From Patescibacteria group bacterium (GTDB lineage: Bacteria; Patescibacteriota; Patescibacteriia; UBA9570; JAHJKD01): DNA of 64,000 nt. Position 1 is the stretch's first letter; every line of letters starts with the position of its first letter. The stretch spans positions 74,322-138,321 of the forward strand of contig JAZDOC010000019.1 of the NCBI GenBank assembly GCA_043798935.1. Direction: 5' to 3'. Made by a program: the position numbers and the translations under genes. Below the pieces are notes generated by a model, which was given only the letters and a program-made list of their open reading frames with translations, had not been told where the DNA came from and did no database searches. This document shows positions 30,507 through 40,258 of this stretch, in pieces.

Positions 30507-31433
30507 ATGAATTCAAAAATCAATGTAGCGGTTTTATTAGGTGGCGTTTCATCTGAACGTAATATATCTTTAATATCAGGCGCTAAAGTTGTCGAAAATA
30601 TTCCAGTTAATAAATACGATGTAACAAAATACGATTTAAAAGACCAATTAACCGAATTTATAAATGATGTTACAAATAAGAAAATTGACGTTGTTTTTCC
30701 AGTTTTACACGGAAAATTTGGTGAAGACGGCACTGTTCAAGGACTTTTAGAGCTACTGCAAATACCTTATGTTGGTTGCAATGTCTTAACATCTAGCTTA
30801 TGTATGGACAAAGCCATAACAAAAAAAATGGTTGCTTATCACAATATTTTAACTCCGGAATTTAACGTATTTTCTAATTTCGAAGAAATAAACATCAATC
30901 AAATAACGCTACCTTGCGTTGTAAAACCTACTGATGCTGGATCTAGTGTGGGAACATCTATCCCGGAAACAAAACAAGAATTAATTAGTGGCATTAAAAA
31001 TGCATTTTCTGAATCTCAACAAATTATTATTGAAGAATATATTAAAGGTCGTGAATTTACTGTTGGTATTATTGGCAATCGTAATCAAACCGTTTTTCCA
31101 ATTACTGAAATTAAAGCTAATATTTCAAAATTCTATGATTATAAAGCAAAATATGAAAACGGCGGATCCACTCATATTTGTCCGGCACAAATTGATTCTA
31201 AACTTGCCGAACAATTAAAATCTCTGTCAAAAAAGATCTTTAATATTGTGGGTGCACGTGGTGTTAGCAGAATAGATTTTATGGTTTCTGAAGATAATAC
31301 CCCTTATTTTATTGAAGTAAATACTATGCCCGGAATGACCGGTACTAGCCTGCTACCTGAAATGGCCAGCAAAATAAATATTTCTTTCGCTCAACTATTA
31401 GATAAATTAATTCAATTAGCTTTCGAAAAATAA
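30507..31433 (+). CDS. ddl: D-alanine--D-alanine ligase
   Basis: GGVSSER, LHGKFGEDG, GSSVG, FYDYKAKY, EVNTMPGMT. Confidence 0.96.
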   Translation: MNSKINVAVLLGGVSSERNISLISGAKVVENIPVNKYDVTKYDLKDQLTEFINDVTNKKIDVVFPVLHGKFGEDGTVQGLLELLQIPYVGCNVLTSSLCMDKAITKKMVAYHNILTPEFNVFSNFEEININQITLPCVVKPTDAGSSVGTSIPETKQELISGIKNAFSESQQIIIEEYIKGREFTVGIIGNRNQTVFPITEIKANISKFYDYKAKYENGGSTHICPAQIDSKLAEQLKSLSKKIFNIVGARGVSRIDFMVSEDNTPYFIEVNTMPGMTGTSLLPEMASKINISFAQLLDKLIQLAFEK

Positions 31434-32534
31434 ATGACCACCTGGCTTGAAATAAATAAAAAAAATATTATCCATAATTTAAAAGCGTTTCGTAAAATTA
31501 TTGGTGAAAAAAAATTGTTAATGCCGGTAATTAAAAGTAATGCATATGGACACGGCTTAATTGAAATAGCCAGATTAATTGATGGCAGTAAATTAATTGA
31601 TAAAATTGCCGTTGTTAATAGTGATGAAGCTTTATGTCTAGTTAACAACAAAATTAAAACGCCGATCATTATATTAAGTTATTGGTCGAATGAACACGTA
31701 GCAAAGCTGATTAAACATAATTGCGAATTTACTGTATATGATATTAAACAAGCTAGATATCTTAATCAGCTGAGAAAAAAAATTAAAATACATCTAAAAG
31801 TTGACACTGGAACAACTAGATTGGGCCAATTAGAAAAAAATTTTATTAGTTTCGTAAAAAAAATTCAATCATTTCCCTATCTACAGATAGAAAGCGTATT
31901 TACTCATTATGCAAATTCTGAGGAAGATAATGAATTTACAAAACAACAAAATTTTAAATTACGTTCTATTAAAAAAAATCTTGAATTATTAAACATTCAT
32001 ACGAAATATCATGCAGCCTGTTCGGCTGCAGTATTAAGCAATACTGATAATCATTTAGACGGCATGCGTTTAGGGCTTAGCTTTTACGGTTATTGGCCGT
32101 CTCCTCAAACTAAAATTTATGCTGCTAAAAAATATCCTTGGTTAAAATTAAAACCGGCTCTAATTTGGAAAGCTCAAATTATCCAAATTAAAGAGATTCC
32201 AAAAAATAATTTTATCGGATATGGATGTACGTATAAAACTACTAGAACAACAAAAATTGCTGTCTTGCCAGTGGGCTATTATGAAGGTTACAATCGTCTT
32301 CTTTCCAATCAAAGTCTGGTTTTAGTAAAAAATAAACTTTGCAAAGTAGTGGGGCGTGTATGCATGAATTTAACCATGGTTGACGTTACCGACATTAAAA
32401 ACGTTAAATCAGGTGATGAAGTGATATTAATGAACCGAAAAATTACACCAGATTACTTGGCTGAAAAATGCAATTCTATTAATTATGAATTTATTGCACG
32501 AATAAACCCTCTTTTACCACGAATATATAAATAA
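31434..32534 (+). CDS. alr: Alanine racemase
   Basis: VIKSNAYGHG (PLP lysine), HLKVDTG, IGYG, GRVCMN. Confidence 0.96.
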   Translation: MTTWLEINKKNIIHNLKAFRKIIGEKKLLMPVIKSNAYGHGLIEIARLIDGSKLIDKIAVVNSDEALCLVNNKIKTPIIILSYWSNEHVAKLIKHNCEFTVYDIKQARYLNQLRKKIKIHLKVDTGTTRLGQLEKNFISFVKKIQSFPYLQIESVFTHYANSEEDNEFTKQQNFKLRSIKKNLELLNIHTKYHAACSAAVLSNTDNHLDGMRLGLSFYGYWPSPQTKIYAAKKYPWLKLKPALIWKAQIIQIKEIPKNNFIGYGCTYKTTRTTKIAVLPVGYYEGYNRLLSNQSLVLVKNKLCKVVGRVCMNLTMVDVTDIKNVKSGDEVILMNRKITPDYLAEKCNSINYEFIARINPLLPRIYK

Positions 32535-32535
32535 A

Positions 32536-33801
32536 CTATCGTTTTATTAAAATTAAATTACCCATATAAGGCCGTAAAACTTCAGGAATCACTATTGACC
32601 CGTCTGCTTGCTGATAGTTCTCTAAAATAGCGATTATAGCTCTAGAAATGGCTATAGCCGTACCATTTAAGGTATGAGCGAACTCTTTTTGGCCGTCGGC
32701 ACTTTTATGCTTAATTTTTAGTCTTCTGGCTTGATAATCAGTGCAATTTGATGTACTAGTAATTTCGCCATAGCCATTTTTCATTGGCATCCAAGCTTCA
32801 AGATCATACTTACGATAGGCTGGTACACCCATGTCGCCGGTACAAATTTCAACTATTCTAAATGGAATGCCTAATTTGGTAAAAATTTCTTTTTCAATTT
32901 CTAAAAGCTCAAGATGTCGGATTTCAGAATCTTCGGGTAAACAAATAATGTACATTTCAATTTTAGTAAATTGATGTACTCGATAAAGACCTTTTGATTC
33001 TTGGCCATACGTTCCGGCTTCTTTACGAAAACAATGGCTATAGCCAACATATTTTTTGGGTAAATCAGTATCTTTAAATGTTTCATTCATGTGATACGCT
33101 CCAATTGTTATTTCCGAAGTCGCGATTAAAGAAAGATCAGTATTACTTATATTATAAATTTGATCTGAATCATCACGTGGATTAAAACCTGAAGCTTTAA
33201 TCATATCGCGCTTTGCCAGATCGGGTGTAGTTATTAAGGTAAAACCGTGTCCTTTTAATAAATTAAGAGCAAAGCTTACTAGTGCCAATTCTAATTGCAC
33301 CAGTTCGTTTTTACAATAATAAAATTTACTACCAACAACATTTGCTCCTTTTTCAAAATCTAATAAATCTAAAGACATTCCCAAAGTTACGTGATCTTTA
33401 GGTGTAAAATTAAAATTTCTGACTTCGCCGACTTTTTCAATCTCAACATTATTAGCATCGCTTTTTCCGACCGGTGTTTTCGGATGACTAATATTTGGCA
33501 CCTGTTCCATTAGTTCATTAAATTTACTATGTGTAGCGTCTGATTCAACTTTTATTTCTTTAGCTTGATCAGCTATAACTTGCATGGACTGAATAATCTT
33601 TTGTTTTTCAGCGCCTTCGGATTTAGCAATTTGCTGGCTGGCTAAATTTTGTTGTGAGCGCAAATCGTCTAGCTTGGCTTGTAATTTTTTTCTATGGTCG
33701 TCTGTTTTTAAAAGCTCATCAAGATCAAGATTAATGTTCCGATTTATAATATTATTCTTTATTTGCTGAATATTAGCGCGGATAAATTTAATGTCTAACA
33801 T
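32536..33801 (-). CDS. serS: Serine--tRNA ligase
   Basis: MLDIKFIR, ATSE, FRKEAG, GLYRVHQF, SNCTDYQARRL, HTLNGT. Confidence 0.98.
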   Translation of the reverse strand: MLDIKFIRANIQQIKNNIINRNINLDLDELLKTDDHRKKLQAKLDDLRSQQNLASQQIAKSEGAEKQKIIQSMQVIADQAKEIKVESDATHSKFNELMEQVPNISHPKTPVGKSDANNVEIEKVGEVRNFNFTPKDHVTLGMSLDLLDFEKGANVVGSKFYYCKNELVQLELALVSFALNLLKGHGFTLITTPDLAKRDMIKASGFNPRDDSDQIYNISNTDLSLIATSEITIGAYHMNETFKDTDLPKKYVGYSHCFRKEAGTYGQESKGLYRVHQFTKIEMYIICLPEDSEIRHLELLEIEKEIFTKLGIPFRIVEICTGDMGVPAYRKYDLEAWMPMKNGYGEITSTSNCTDYQARRLKIKHKSADGQKEFAHTLNGTAIAISRAIIAILENYQQADGSIVIPEVLRPYMGNLILIKR

Positions 33802-33828
33802 ATAAATATTATTTAATAATTGTTTATT

Positions 33829-34356
33829 TTAATTACGTTTAGGCGGGAATAAAATTGCCAAAATTTGTTTACCGGCAATTTTTATTCCTTGTGAATTTAT
33901 TTTTGATAATTGATTTAAATAAATTTCTTCACTTATAAAATAACCATCCGCAAATTCTTTCATACCGACTATTAAATCTATCACTTCATTATTAACCGTT
34001 AAGATATATTGGTGTTGACTAATTAATACTAATTTTGTTTGTTTTATTTCACAATTTATTTGAAAATACTTTTCTAAAATAATCTTAACTAACACGGCAT
34101 AATCAATACAATTAGGGCCTGCGATTATCGTGTTGTGCAATAAATATTTCCCTCCCAAAAGAGAGCGCCAGAAGTATCCCCCACTACCGGCTTTTTGATT
34201 AATTACTTTGGCTACTGCGACAACAATACTAATATTATTTAGTTTTGAAATTTCTGTAGATTGCTTTACAATTTCATAACAAAATTCTTCCGTGATCGAA
34301 TTTTCGGTAAGAATATAATTTCTAAATAGTGCTTTTTGTGAATATAGCTGTTTCAT
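33829..34356 (-). CDS. Hypothetical protein, possible transglutaminase/papain-like fold
   Basis: GPNCIDYA...HQYI...VIDL gives a possible Cys-His-Asp triad. Confidence 0.55.
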   Translation of the reverse strand: MKQLYSQKALFRNYILTENSITEEFCYEIVKQSTEISKLNNISIVVAVAKVINQKAGSGGYFWRSLLGGKYLLHNTIIAGPNCIDYAVLVKIILEKYFQINCEIKQTKLVLISQHQYILTVNNEVIDLIVGMKEFADGYFISEEIYLNQLSKINSQGIKIAGKQILAILFPPKRN

Positions 34357-34358
34357 AT

Positions 34359-36413
34359 TTAGAAGCCAATCTGATCGGCAATTTGCTTCATAGCATTTAG
34401 GGCTATTTCTAAAAATTCATCCGTGCTTAAACCTAGTTTTTTACACTCTTTAATGGTCTCGCGATTAACTTTAGCCGCGAAAGCTTTTTCTTTTAGCTTT
34501 TTCTTTAATGATTTAAGTTCAATATTTTGAATTTGTTTATCTGGTCGCACCAAGGCTGAGGCATAAATTAAACCAGTCACAGCTTCACCGCACCGTAATG
34601 CAAAATCCAATAATACTTCCGGTTCTAAGGCTTTATTATCTTGATAATTATGCGCTAAAATAGCATTAATCAATTCTTGAGGATAATTAGCTTCTTTTAA
34701 ATACTGCGAGCCAATAACAGCATGCTTTTCTATTTTATTTTCGATTTCTTCCCAGTCAATATCGTGAAGTAAGCCAGTTGCACTCCATAAAGCCTCATTT
34801 TGATTAAGTGCTTTAGCTAATGCCCCTAGCACTGCCTCGGCTTCTAAACTATGAAAAATGTTTGGCTGTTTATGAACGTGAGAAGTAAGCAATTTAAAAG
34901 ATTGTTCGCGACTAATTGAAAAGTTATTACCGGGAGATAATTTTTTTACGTGTAAGTTGATATTATTTTTTGGACGCAGAAGTGGAAACAGAACACATTC
35001 GCGAACAGGTTTATTCATTAAAAAAGCAAATACTCTTTCGGACAAACCAAACCCACAAGTTGGTGGCATGCCATATTCTAATGCTTCTACAAACTCGCTA
35101 TCGTGCATTTGGGCTTCACTGTCGCCAGCCTCGCGAAGCTTGGCTTGTTCATTAAAACGGGCGGCTTGATCAATAGGATCATTAAGCTCGCTATATCCAT
35201 TTCCTAATTCACTGCCAGCAATAATAACTTGGAATCTTTCTACTAAACGCTGGTCATCGCTCTTTCTTTTAGCAAGTGGCGAAACTTCAACTGGATGATT
35301 AATTAAAAAAACCGGACCAGCTATTTCTTTGCGCACTTGTTTCCATAAGGAATCAATTAAACGCCCTTTACCAACTTTATTATTTACATCAATTTTAAGT
35401 TCTTTACATTTGGTTTGTAATTCCTCAATACTGGCTGTTAGTACATCGATTGAAAATTTTTCTTTAATACTAGTTACATAATCTATTCTCCCCCACTCTT
35501 TACTTAAATCAATATGAAAATTTTTAATATCAAATTTTAAAGTTTGAAAAGTTTTAAAAATAACTTTCTTAAACATATCTTCCACCAATTTCATACCATC
35601 ATCATAGTTTGCATAAGCCATATAAAATTCCATTTGAGTATAATCCTGTAAATGCTCAGCATCGATGCCTTCATTTCGGAATTGACGTCCAATTTCGAAT
35701 GTTCTTTCTAGACCACTAACCATTAACCTTTTTTGCCATAACTCACCCATGGAAATACGTAAGTACAAATCGATGTCTAGCGCGTTATGATGCGTAATGA
35801 AAGGTTCAGCATCGGCGCCACCAGGCGTAGCTTCTAAAACTGGCGTTTCCACTTCTAAAAAATTGTGTCCAATCAAAAAATCTCTGATACTTTGCCAAAA
35901 GACTGCTTTTTTCCGAAAAATATTTTGTAATTCAGAATCTAATAAAATATCTAAATATCTTTTTCGATATCTTGTTTCTTCGTCTTTAATTCCATGCCAT
36001 TTATCTGGAAGCGGCTGTAAAGCTTTACTAAGAATTGAATAACTAGCAACAAGTAATGATTTTTCGCCTTTATGTGTAATAAAAGCCATACCGGAAACTT
36101 CTAGAATATCGCCAATATCGATATTTTTTAAATTTTTATATTTTTCGCTTCCGAGTTTATCTTGCTGAAAAGCTATTTGTAATTCATGACTCTCATCTTT
36201 TAAATTCATGAATGTTAGTTTTCCATGAGTTCGCTGACTCATGATGCGACCACTGACTGTTGCCAAGTTACTTTCAAATTCGTTAAACCTATCTAAAAAA
36301 TAACCAATACTAATGTGTGGTAAACATTTACTGGGATACGAATTAATATTTTGTTTTTTTAGATTATCTAGTTTTATTAGACGATCTTGTTTTTCGGATT
36401 GTATTATTGTCAT
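34359..36413 (-). CDS. lysS: Lysine--tRNA ligase (class II) fused to a C-terminal HD/HDIG domain
   Basis: RYRKRYLD, EVETP, FRNEG, YGMPPTCGFG, VLFP; then HSLE...GLLHDID...HA...AILAHN...VTGLI...FAAKVNRE. Confidence 0.95.
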   Translation of the reverse strand: MTIIQSEKQDRLIKLDNLKKQNINSYPSKCLPHISIGYFLDRFNEFESNLATVSGRIMSQRTHGKLTFMNLKDESHELQIAFQQDKLGSEKYKNLKNIDIGDILEVSGMAFITHKGEKSLLVASYSILSKALQPLPDKWHGIKDEETRYRKRYLDILLDSELQNIFRKKAVFWQSIRDFLIGHNFLEVETPVLEATPGGADAEPFITHHNALDIDLYLRISMGELWQKRLMVSGLERTFEIGRQFRNEGIDAEHLQDYTQMEFYMAYANYDDGMKLVEDMFKKVIFKTFQTLKFDIKNFHIDLSKEWGRIDYVTSIKEKFSIDVLTASIEELQTKCKELKIDVNNKVGKGRLIDSLWKQVRKEIAGPVFLINHPVEVSPLAKRKSDDQRLVERFQVIIAGSELGNGYSELNDPIDQAARFNEQAKLREAGDSEAQMHDSEFVEALEYGMPPTCGFGLSERVFAFLMNKPVRECVLFPLLRPKNNINLHVKKLSPGNNFSISREQSFKLLTSHVHKQPNIFHSLEAEAVLGALAKALNQNEALWSATGLLHDIDWEEIENKIEKHAVIGSQYLKEANYPQELINAILAHNYQDNKALEPEVLLDFALRCGEAVTGLIYASALVRPDKQIQNIELKSLKKKLKEKAFAAKVNRETIKECKKLGLSTDEFLEIALNAMKQIADQIGF

Positions 36414-36418
36414 AAATA

Positions 36419-36447
36419 AAAATAAGCTTAAATTATAAGCTTATTTT
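36419..36447. repeat. 12-bp inverted repeat between greA and lysS (terminator- or operator-like)
   Basis: AAAATAAGCTTA-AATTA-TAAGCTTATTTT, ending 5 nt from the lysS ATG. Confidence 0.55.
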
Positions 36448-36474
36448 ATCATTAATTCTATATTTTACAAGTCG

Positions 36475-36948
36475 CTATGAGATTTTTGCAATTTTGAATT
36501 TCATATTACCTTTCGGAACTTGAACTTCAGCTATTTCGCCCACTTTATGACCTAAAAATGCCTTTCCTAGTGGCGATTCATTAGAAATTTTGCCATTTAT
36601 AGGATCTACTTCATTTGAACCGACTATTGAATATTTCTTTATATTTCCGGCCTCATCTTCAATCTCAATGGTTGATCCTACTTGAACACTTGAATTTCGG
36701 CCATTCGCTTTTTTAATTATTTGTACATTACGAACAATATCCTCAAGTTCAGCAATTCTGGTTTCAATGAAAGCTTGTTCATCTTTAGCATCTGAATATT
36801 CAGCGTTTTCGCTTAAATCTCCTAATTCTTTAGCCGATGCAATTCTGCCAGCAACTTCGCGTCTTTTGTTTATAATTAAATTTTGTAATTCTTCTTTTAA
36901 ACGTTCCAAGCCTTCAGCTGTAATATATGTTTGTTTATCGCTAGCCAT
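36475..36948 (-). CDS. greA: Transcription elongation factor GreA
   Basis: GDLSENAEY, ISNESPLGKA. Confidence 0.98.
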   Translation of the reverse strand: MASDKQTYITAEGLERLKEELQNLIINKRREVAGRIASAKELGDLSENAEYSDAKDEQAFIETRIAELEDIVRNVQIIKKANGRNSSVQVGSTIEIEDEAGNIKKYSIVGSNEVDPINGKISNESPLGKAFLGHKVGEIAEVQVPKGNMKFKIAKIS

Positions 36949-36977
36949 AATATTAGATGCTAATTTTTAATAGGTAT

Positions 36978-37005
36978 ATCATACAGGAAAAAATTAAAAT
37001 GTCAA
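36978..37005 (-). promoter_or_regulatory. greA promoter
   Basis: TTGACA-16 nt-TATGAT. Confidence 0.55.
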
Positions 37006-37012
37006 AATAAAA

Positions 37013-38953
37013 TTACCGCGAAAAATACCAATCCAAAACTTCATATACTGCTGGTAAAGCCGCTTCGGTTCCATCGCCACCTTCATCAATAATTGCAGTA
37101 ATTACTATCTCTGGATTATCATACGGAGCAAAGGCTGTAAACCAGGAATGATTTTTCCCATCACCGCCATGTTGGGCTGTACCGGTTTTTGCACCTGAAC
37201 TCACTGACAAATTAGTAAGCGCTTTAGCACTTCCCCATACTGCTGCAGCTTTCATGCCTTGTTTTACAATATTTAAATTTTGTTGATTAACAAAATTACT
37301 ATTTATCACTTGCTCGCCTATCATCTCTTGTACCTCACCAGTTTCATTCACAATTTCTTTTACTAAATGTGGTCGATACAATGTTCCACCATTAGCGATA
37401 ACAGCTGTGTAATCAGCAACTTGTAAAGGCGTTACTAAAATATCACCCTGCCCGATAGATGCATTATAAGTATCGCCAATATACCAATTTTCTGCTTTAA
37501 CGGTTTTCTTCCAGTCTTTAGTCGGCAAAAAACCAGTTTTCTCGCCGGCAATGTCGATACCGGAAATTATATTTAGTCCAAACAATTCGGCATAATGATC
37601 GATTCGCTCAATTCCTAGCCCCCCCGATACTAAATTAGTTGCCGCATCGTAATATCCTCCACCAGCCAAATAGAAAAAAGTATTTACCGATTCTGCAATA
37701 GCTTTAATGACATCTGTTTCTCCGTGTCCGCCAGCCTTCCAATCCGGAAAAAACCACTGATTAACCGGAATCCCTCCCGTACTATTTACGGTAGTATTCT
37801 TAGTAATTACATTTTCTTGTAATGCGGCCGAAGCAACAATCAATTTAAATGTCGAGCCCGACGGATATTCACCTGAAACCGCTTTATTATACAATGGTTT
37901 ATTTGGATCGTTTAATAATTTTTGATATGCATCATAATCAATACCATTAATAAAATCATTACTGTTAAAACCGGGCCAACTAACTAGTGCTAAAACTTCT
38001 CCATTTCTGGGATCAAGTGCTATAAGCGCTCCTCCTTTTGCATCCTGCTCATGGCTATATTTTTCAATCGCCTCGTAAGCCTTCTTTTGTAATTCCAAAT
38101 CAATTGATAGAATTAAATCATCTCCTGGTTCCGGATCTTTTTGAGCAATCACTTTTATCTCATTTCCGGAAGAATCCACTTCAACCTGCTTCTTACCATA
38201 TACTCCTTTTAGTGTAGATTCGTAATACGATTCAATACCAGATTTGCCAATATTATCGCTGTTTAAATATTCACCTTTTTCATATTCTTTAATTTCATCA
38301 ACATTGATTCGTCCGATATAACCCATAGCATGAGACATGGCCAACGGTTCAATGTACTCTCGTTTAGCAACCGGCAAACAATGCACACCTGATAAACTTG
38401 GTTCCAATATCATTAATTTTATAGCTTGATCATACTTTAAATTTGAAGCAATCTCTGTTTCACCCCACAGTGACCCAGCTGCAAGTTTTGATTTAATTTC
38501 ATTAATTTTAATATTTGTAATTGAATTCAATGCTTGAAAAATCTTCTTTTTTTGTTGAGCATCGCTGGGTAAATCGCCTTTTATTATTGTTAATGTAAAA
38601 TCAGGAATATTATTAACCAAAAGATTTCGATTGCGATCATAAATTAAACCACGTGGCGCGGCTATGGTTTCAATTCTAATGCGATTACCTTCAGCAACGC
38701 TCAAGTAATATTCTCCTTTATAAATTTGTAAATAACACAACCGACATAAAACCAAAATTACAACGCCAATAATAATAAATATTGCAATATTTGTTTTCCA
38801 TCGTGAAATAGATAAATTTAAAAATTCATCCTGTTCAATTTTTTTATATCCAATATCTCCAATTACGCTTTTTTTATAATAGATATTTAAATTAGTATCT
38901 TTGACATCGTCACTAAAAAAGAAATTTTTATTTGTGGGAATTTTATTTTTCAT
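37013..38953 (-). CDS. mrdA: Penicillin-binding protein 2
   Basis: STFK, SVN and KTGTAQ motifs; directly downstream of mreBCD. Confidence 0.95.
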   Translation of the reverse strand: MKNKIPTNKNFFFSDDVKDTNLNIYYKKSVIGDIGYKKIEQDEFLNLSISRWKTNIAIFIIIGVVILVLCRLCYLQIYKGEYYLSVAEGNRIRIETIAAPRGLIYDRNRNLLVNNIPDFTLTIIKGDLPSDAQQKKKIFQALNSITNIKINEIKSKLAAGSLWGETEIASNLKYDQAIKLMILEPSLSGVHCLPVAKREYIEPLAMSHAMGYIGRINVDEIKEYEKGEYLNSDNIGKSGIESYYESTLKGVYGKKQVEVDSSGNEIKVIAQKDPEPGDDLILSIDLELQKKAYEAIEKYSHEQDAKGGALIALDPRNGEVLALVSWPGFNSNDFINGIDYDAYQKLLNDPNKPLYNKAVSGEYPSGSTFKLIVASAALQENVITKNTTVNSTGGIPVNQWFFPDWKAGGHGETDVIKAIAESVNTFFYLAGGGYYDAATNLVSGGLGIERIDHYAELFGLNIISGIDIAGEKTGFLPTKDWKKTVKAENWYIGDTYNASIGQGDILVTPLQVADYTAVIANGGTLYRPHLVKEIVNETGEVQEMIGEQVINSNFVNQQNLNIVKQGMKAAAVWGSAKALTNLSVSSGAKTGTAQHGGDGKNHSWFTAFAPYDNPEIVITAIIDEGGDGTEAALPAVYEVLDWYFSR

Positions 38954-39452
38954 AAAAAATCATGTGCCGCTTTAAATAATTTCGAATCGAGTAAACAAAA
39001 ACTGTAGCCATTACATTTAACCCGCATTGCCAAAAAATATCAATGAAATAAATATGAAAAATATCGATCCCAAATCGAAATTGTTTTACAATATAGCTTA
39101 AAATTAGTAAATCAAAATTATAAAAAACAATCACTAGAATAATCAGTAATAATATCGACCAGATAGAATTATATGATATTGTGTGCTTAGCTAATAAATA
39201 AACCGTTATAACAGCTAAAAACAAAGATGTTGTAATTAAACCAAAATTCAAACCAGAATATATATCTAAATATATTCCTGATATCAGTGTTAATACTAAA
39301 CCATATGTAAATGAATTATAGAGCATGCAAGCGATGACAAAGGCACTTACCAAGTTCATTTTATTTGCCCATAATCCAACACTACCAAAACTAGTTTGAA
39401 TAATTAATAAACTTATAAAAATTAATAAATATAAAATATTTCGTCGCCACAT
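38943..39452 (-). CDS. mreD: Rod shape-determining protein MreD
   Basis: Hydrophobic 169-aa protein with GIYLDIYS, located between mreC and pbp2. Confidence 0.8.
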   Translation of the reverse strand: MWRRNILYLLIFISLLIIQTSFGSVGLWANKMNLVSAFVIACMLYNSFTYGLVLTLISGIYLDIYSGLNFGLITTSLFLAVITVYLLAKHTISYNSIWSILLLIILVIVFYNFDLLILSYIVKQFRFGIDIFHIYFIDIFWQCGLNVMATVFVYSIRNYLKRHMIFYEK

Positions 39453-39458
39453 ATAAAA

Positions 39459-40256
39459 TTATTTTACAATCGACACTACTGATAAACGACTAAAATCGAT
39501 AAGTGGGATAATATCGGCTTCCTTGAACAAATCGCCAGGTTTTTCTGTAATATTTTCAATTTGACCAATAATTAATCCTTTGGGAATATTATTCTCTATG
39601 CCCGAAGTAATAACAATTGATTTATCAGTAATTTCATCTTGTTTTGGAATTAATTCCATGGCCATACTCAACCCATGCTTCCCTTTTATAATCCCAGGCG
39701 TATTTAACTCGTTTTCAATTTGTGCAGCAATTTCACTAACATTACTAGTAATCAATAAAACTTTAGCAGTATTAGCTGATACTTCGTCTATTTTACCGAT
39801 CAAAACTCCATTTCCAGCGATGACCGGAAAGCCAACTTTAATGCCTACGTTTTCGCCTTGGTTAATGACCACAATTTGCTTGTTCGACCCACTATATTTA
39901 CTAATAATTTTTGCAGTTTGGTATGATAATTGATTATCTTCTAAAAAAGTAATCTGCTGTTTTAAAATTTCATTTTCGTCTATATATGTTTCTAGTTCAG
40001 AATTCTTTTTAACTAAATCATTAACATCTTGTTTAAGCTGATTGTTTTCAGAAATTAATTCATTTTTATCATAGAGCGTTTCACTATCAGATAAATATAT
40101 ACTAAATCGATACAAAGGAACTTGTAAAGGTTTTAATGCGGAAGTCAATAGGCCTTCAACAGGTTTTAAAATATTTATGTAATGTAAAACAATAAACAGT
40201 ATAATGACAACTGAAAAAATGACAATTTTTGCCCAGACTGATCGTTCATTATACAT
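39459..40256 (-). CDS. mreC: Rod shape-determining protein MreC
   Basis: TM helix, coiled coil, INQG, VITSG...PKGLIIG. Confidence 0.93.
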   Translation of the reverse strand: MYNERSVWAKIVIFSVVIILFIVLHYINILKPVEGLLTSALKPLQVPLYRFSIYLSDSETLYDKNELISENNQLKQDVNDLVKKNSELETYIDENEILKQQITFLEDNQLSYQTAKIISKYSGSNKQIVVINQGENVGIKVGFPVIAGNGVLIGKIDEVSANTAKVLLITSNVSEIAAQIENELNTPGIIKGKHGLSMAMELIPKQDEITDKSIVITSGIENNIPKGLIIGQIENITEKPGDLFKEADIIPLIDFSRLSVVSIVK

Positions 40257-40258
40257 AA

